From the NCBI GenBank assembly GCA_046582655.1, contig JAYGDX010000292.1, positions 1-64,000 of the forward strand: 64,000 bases of DNA, in the 5' to 3' direction. How positions within the stretch are numbered: position 1 is the first letter of the stretch; each line of letters starts with the position of its first letter. Of the stretch, positions 62,693 to 64,000 are shown in pieces. The notes below the pieces were generated by a model. That model worked only from the letters and a program-made list of their open reading frames with translations, made no database searches and was not told the DNA's origin. The position numbers were made by a program, and so were the translations under genes. The DNA comes from Candidatus Poribacteria bacterium. Its GTDB lineage: Bacteria; Poribacteria; WGA-4E; UBA9662.

Positions 62693-63568
62693 ATGTTGTC
62701 AAAAATAAAAGTGTCCGCGATCGCCATTGGCAGCAATGGTGATTATCAGAATAAACTGGCATTGGCTTTAGATCATCTGAAAACGTCTGGAGAGTCCGAA
62801 GCTGATATCGCCTGTCTGCCCGAGATATTTGCGGGCAATCATCCAGAAGCTATCCCCGGTCCAATAACCGATGCTGTTGCTAAGCTCGCTCGGCAATACG
62901 GAATGTATGTCATTTGTCCGATCGTGGAGGATGGGCAGGATAAGCAATACAACACAGCTGTTCTCATTGACCGGAAAGGTGAAATTATTGGCAGCTATCG
63001 TAAAGTGTTTGTCTTCTGGGGAGAAAACCTTTCACCCAGTCAAGATGGCGTCAAATATTTTGAAACTGATTTTGGTCGTATATGTATCCTAACCTGTTTT
63101 GATATTAATTTTCCTGAGCTTTGGCAGGATGCGGATGAGCTAGGTGCCGAGATTGTATTTTGGCCAAGTGCCTACGATGGAGGCATGCCGTTAAATGCTT
63201 TTGCCAAATTATACCATTACTATATTGTACCAGTAGGCACTGGAAACATTATAGATATTACCGGAGAGGAGGTAACTTGCCAAAATCCAAGGGAACAGCA
63301 CTTTATTGCTACGCTCGATCTCGATCGAACCTTCATTCACGATAATTATACAGGCAAAAAGGTTCAACAAATGCTTCAGGACTACAAAGGAAAGATTGAA
63401 ATAGAACAGCGTTACAACATGGAAGCATGGACTCTGATTAGGTCAGTGGATTCCACTGTAAACATTCGACAATTATGCCGAAGGTACCAAGTTGAAACAT
63501 TACGTCAATATCAGCACCGCAGTCGTCTTCAGATTAATCGCATCCGTGAATGTGGAGGTGTCGTATAA
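62693..63568 (+). CDS. Carbon-nitrogen hydrolase (nitrilase superfamily)
   Basis: Triad E (CLPEIF), K (YRKV), C (TCFDINFPE). Confidence 0.92.
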   Translation: MLSKIKVSAIAIGSNGDYQNKLALALDHLKTSGESEADIACLPEIFAGNHPEAIPGPITDAVAKLARQYGMYVICPIVEDGQDKQYNTAVLIDRKGEIIGSYRKVFVFWGENLSPSQDGVKYFETDFGRICILTCFDINFPELWQDADELGAEIVFWPSAYDGGMPLNAFAKLYHYYIVPVGTGNIIDITGEEVTCQNPREQHFIATLDLDRTFIHDNYTGKKVQQMLQDYKGKIEIEQRYNMEAWTLIRSVDSTVNIRQLCRRYQVETLRQYQHRSRLQINRIRECGGVV

Positions 63569-63729
63569 AACAACTTCTCTCACCTGTTCCCATTGAATCC
63601 TTTCTTCATCTTTTATTCGTAACCATAAGTTCTTTTAAAATTTAGAGAAAATATGATAAAATCCGAGTATTCAGTCAACGTGAATATCAACTGGTAAGTA
63701 ATCCTAAAGGACGATTGCAAGCATAATAA

Positions 63730-64000
63730 ATGAGCTATTATTACACAGCTAAGATTAAACAGAACTTAGATCAAATCACCAGGATGATTTTGCTCTGGAC
63801 CTGGTTCTGTTTAGCGTTACCCGTTTTTATCCTATGGTGCCAGTTAGGTCATGCTGATAATCATTCGGTTGTGTTTACAGATGTTACTCAAGATTCAGGT
63901 ATTAAATTCAAACACTACAATGGAAAGAGTCAGCGTCGCCACATTGTTGAAACCATGGGCGCAGGTGCGGCATTCTTGGATTATGACAACGATGGGTTTC
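63730..64000 (+). CDS. CRTAC1/ASPIC-UnbV (FG-GAP repeat) family protein, 5' part
   Basis: Signal peptide, then VFTDVTQDSGIKFKH...ETMGAGAAFLDYDNDG; runs off the window. Alternative start at 63784. Confidence 0.85.
   Translation, partial: MSYYYTAKIKQNLDQITRMILLWTWFCLALPVFILWCQLGHADNHSVVFTDVTQDSGIKFKHYNGKSQRRHIVETMGAGAAFLDYDNDGF

Overview
Bacterial chromosomal window, most likely Candidatus Poribacteria. This rests on the 16S carrying the Poribacteria-specific primer sites as I recall them, a secreted protein ending in the 'SVExxxxxLxxTWGxxK' tail, and typical PhyH, Gfo-Idh-MocA, DUF4838 and CRTAC1 content. The window holds: (1) a decaying accessory region at 1-12.6 kb with a parA/partner/rep-like relic, an ABC-exporter pseudogene and a frameshifted DUF4838 gene; (2) a complete rrn operon (16S-tRNA-Ile-tRNA-Ala-23S-5S); (3) yebC-ruvCAB-queA-yajC, serS, tRNA-Val and tRNA-Asp; (4) an envelope cluster with a PorV/FadL-like barrel fused to a lytic transglycosylase, plus a LysM-M23 peptidase; (5) an ECF sigma with an FHA-FHA partner and a UvrD/PcrA helicase carrying degenerate RecJ- and DnaQ-like inserts; (6) assorted hydrolases and oxidoreductases and a sugar ABC transporter operon. 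The standout is a 776-aa gene (55751-58081) inside that ABC operon. It encodes a voltage-sensor-like (S1-S4) six-TM domain fused to an intact class III adenylyl cyclase, with the architecture and motifs of the ciliate/apicomplexan ion-channel adenylyl cyclases. All calls come from motif recognition by eye; no database searches were run.
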